DNA of 64,000 nt from Dipteris shenzhenensis (taxonomy: Eukaryota), in assembly GCA_047967505.1 (NCBI GenBank), contig CM106538.1; one strand, 5' to 3'. A model generated the notes under the pieces. It saw only the letters and a list, made by a program, of their open reading frames with translations, was not told where the DNA came from and made no database searches. Every line of letters starts with the position of its first letter. The stretch's first letter is position 1. The position numbers were made by a program, and so were the translations under genes. Below are positions 62,560 to 64,000 of the stretch, piece after piece.

Positions 62560-63595
62560 CCTGGTACACCGCCCTCTCCCTTGGGCTTGACCCTTTCACT
62601 ACATTGAGGGCTTTTCTGAAGTCAACCATGCTTGGGCTGAGGACTCAATTCCAGAATTCGCCTTTGTTTTTTGGCAGCCAGCTAGTGCATGTGTTTCCAT
62701 GAATGCCAACGCAGGATTACCAGAGTCTTACTCGGCACAAATGCCTTGTGTGGGTGGTGGAGGTTGTAGATTTGCCTTTATACTGTAGGCAAGCCTTGCC
62801 CTATGTGCGTAAAGTGTTGGGGAAAGTCGTATGTTCTCCACGCTCTCCTAGAAATGCCAATTGATTTTGTGTTCTATGGGATACTGATAGACCCACACCT
62901 CCTCATGTTGATTACAGTGGAGATGTAGGGTATGCCTTCTTAGCAGGTGTTTTTAAAGTTGAAATGGGGTAATTTTGCACGTGCGTGTTTTGAACGAGGC
63001 AAGTTTGGCCATATGCAATTTGAGTGTCCTCAACTCTTATTGAAGCCTCCCCCCGCGGCTACAGCCCCTAATGAACCCTCCTTGCCTAGGCCAGTTGTCA
63101 TGCAATAAACTCCATGGTTCAGGGGCTGTTACCCCACCTAAGAATAATGATAAGGGCAAGGCTAAAGTTGCTTCTGCTCCATCTAAATCGAGGGGTCAAA
63201 AAGTTGTGAGAGAAAAATTTTCTGCTTCTGATTGGCAACAGCCTAAGAAAACATTTAAGCCAAGACCCATCTAGTTAAAGCTGGACAAAGACGGCATCTA
63301 CATCCAAGGATGTCTCTTTGCGTGATGGTTTTGGTGTTGGTAACCTTTGGTCTGCTGTTGTTTGTTCCAATCCATTATTTTTGTTTCATATGGCTGCTAC
63401 TTCATCAGATAATCCAGTCTCTCCTTCGCCTGGTTCGAATAAAGAGCAAGGAAATGCTTATGATGGGTATGCTGGCTCACCAAACGTGGTGCAGCCATGC
63501 ATGTTAAAATCCTGAAATTTGAACTTGGTTTATCTCATACTATACGTATGTATATATCATTCAAATGCTTTTCCTATAATGTTCAGGGCTTCTAC
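62560..63595 (+). mobile_element. decayed D-related LINE ORF1 and ORF2 start, cut by an LTR
   Basis: LVHVFP..VEVVDLP..LGKVVCSPR..FCVLWDTDRPTPP, DKGKAKV, and FSYNVQG near 63570. Confidence 0.75.
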
Positions 63596-64000
63596 TGTAG
63601 AGATATATACAATGATATGGTGATGTAGGATAGACTAGGACTTCGTCTATTTTAGAGTTTTTGTGTGCTCTAGTACTTGGACTATACATACCAAGTACTT
63701 CTACTTCATTTGGTTGAACATTTCAGTTGGAGTTCACTTGTGTTCATGTCTTGTTCTCTTGTGTTCACAACTCTTCTCCATTCTTGTTCCTACATGTGGT
63801 ATCAGAGCTAGTCCTTCCAGCCCTGTCATTTGTTTCCCCGTTCTCCTGCGTGCTCCTGTTGGACTTCTGTCACGGAGAAGAAGTTAGTTTTTGCTGATTG
63901 ACTTCTCTTTTGGCTGTCCTGAGCTCCCACGAGCTTCGTGTGATCTTGAGCTTTAGTTTTGTTGCGAGATTTTGCACCAGGAAGCACTGTTTGTCAAGGA
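63596..64000 (+). mobile_element. copia 5' LTR (63596-63794) plus PBS (63797-63808); element runs off the window
   Basis: TGTAG..CTACA, 199 bp, related to the 198-bp LTRs at 29178 and 32859; TGGTATCAGAGC follows. Confidence 0.88.

Overview
Eukaryotic, land-plant-type DNA made almost entirely of nested, mostly decayed retrotransposons. A fern or other non-seed plant is my guess from element style, not something I can verify. Contents: two Ty3/gypsy chromovirus copies, a gypsy with an Arg-tRNA PBS, several Ty1/copia pieces, a complete TRIM, and at least 15 L1-clade LINE copies or fragments. Family letters A, B, C, D, F, H (LINEs) and G (an LTR family) are my own labels. Most ORFs in the supplied track are broken TE genes or antisense shadows. 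Four things stand out. (1) A host exon at 26537-26748 matches the conserved N-terminus of the meiotic crossover factor HEIP1/REDIC1. The next phase-compatible 123-bp exon can be rebuilt only after removing two full-length LINEs that landed 6 bp apart inside it. (2) LINE family D (49170-62242) has all four visible poly(A) ends abutting (GT)n/(GTAT)n microsatellite and forms a head-to-tail array. It is a candidate microsatellite-targeting plant LINE. (3) Dense CCGTAC (SBP/SPL-type) clusters sit in the leaders of that LINE and of an unrelated copia. (4) There are two twin-priming-type 5' inversions. All comparisons were made by eye and no database search was run.
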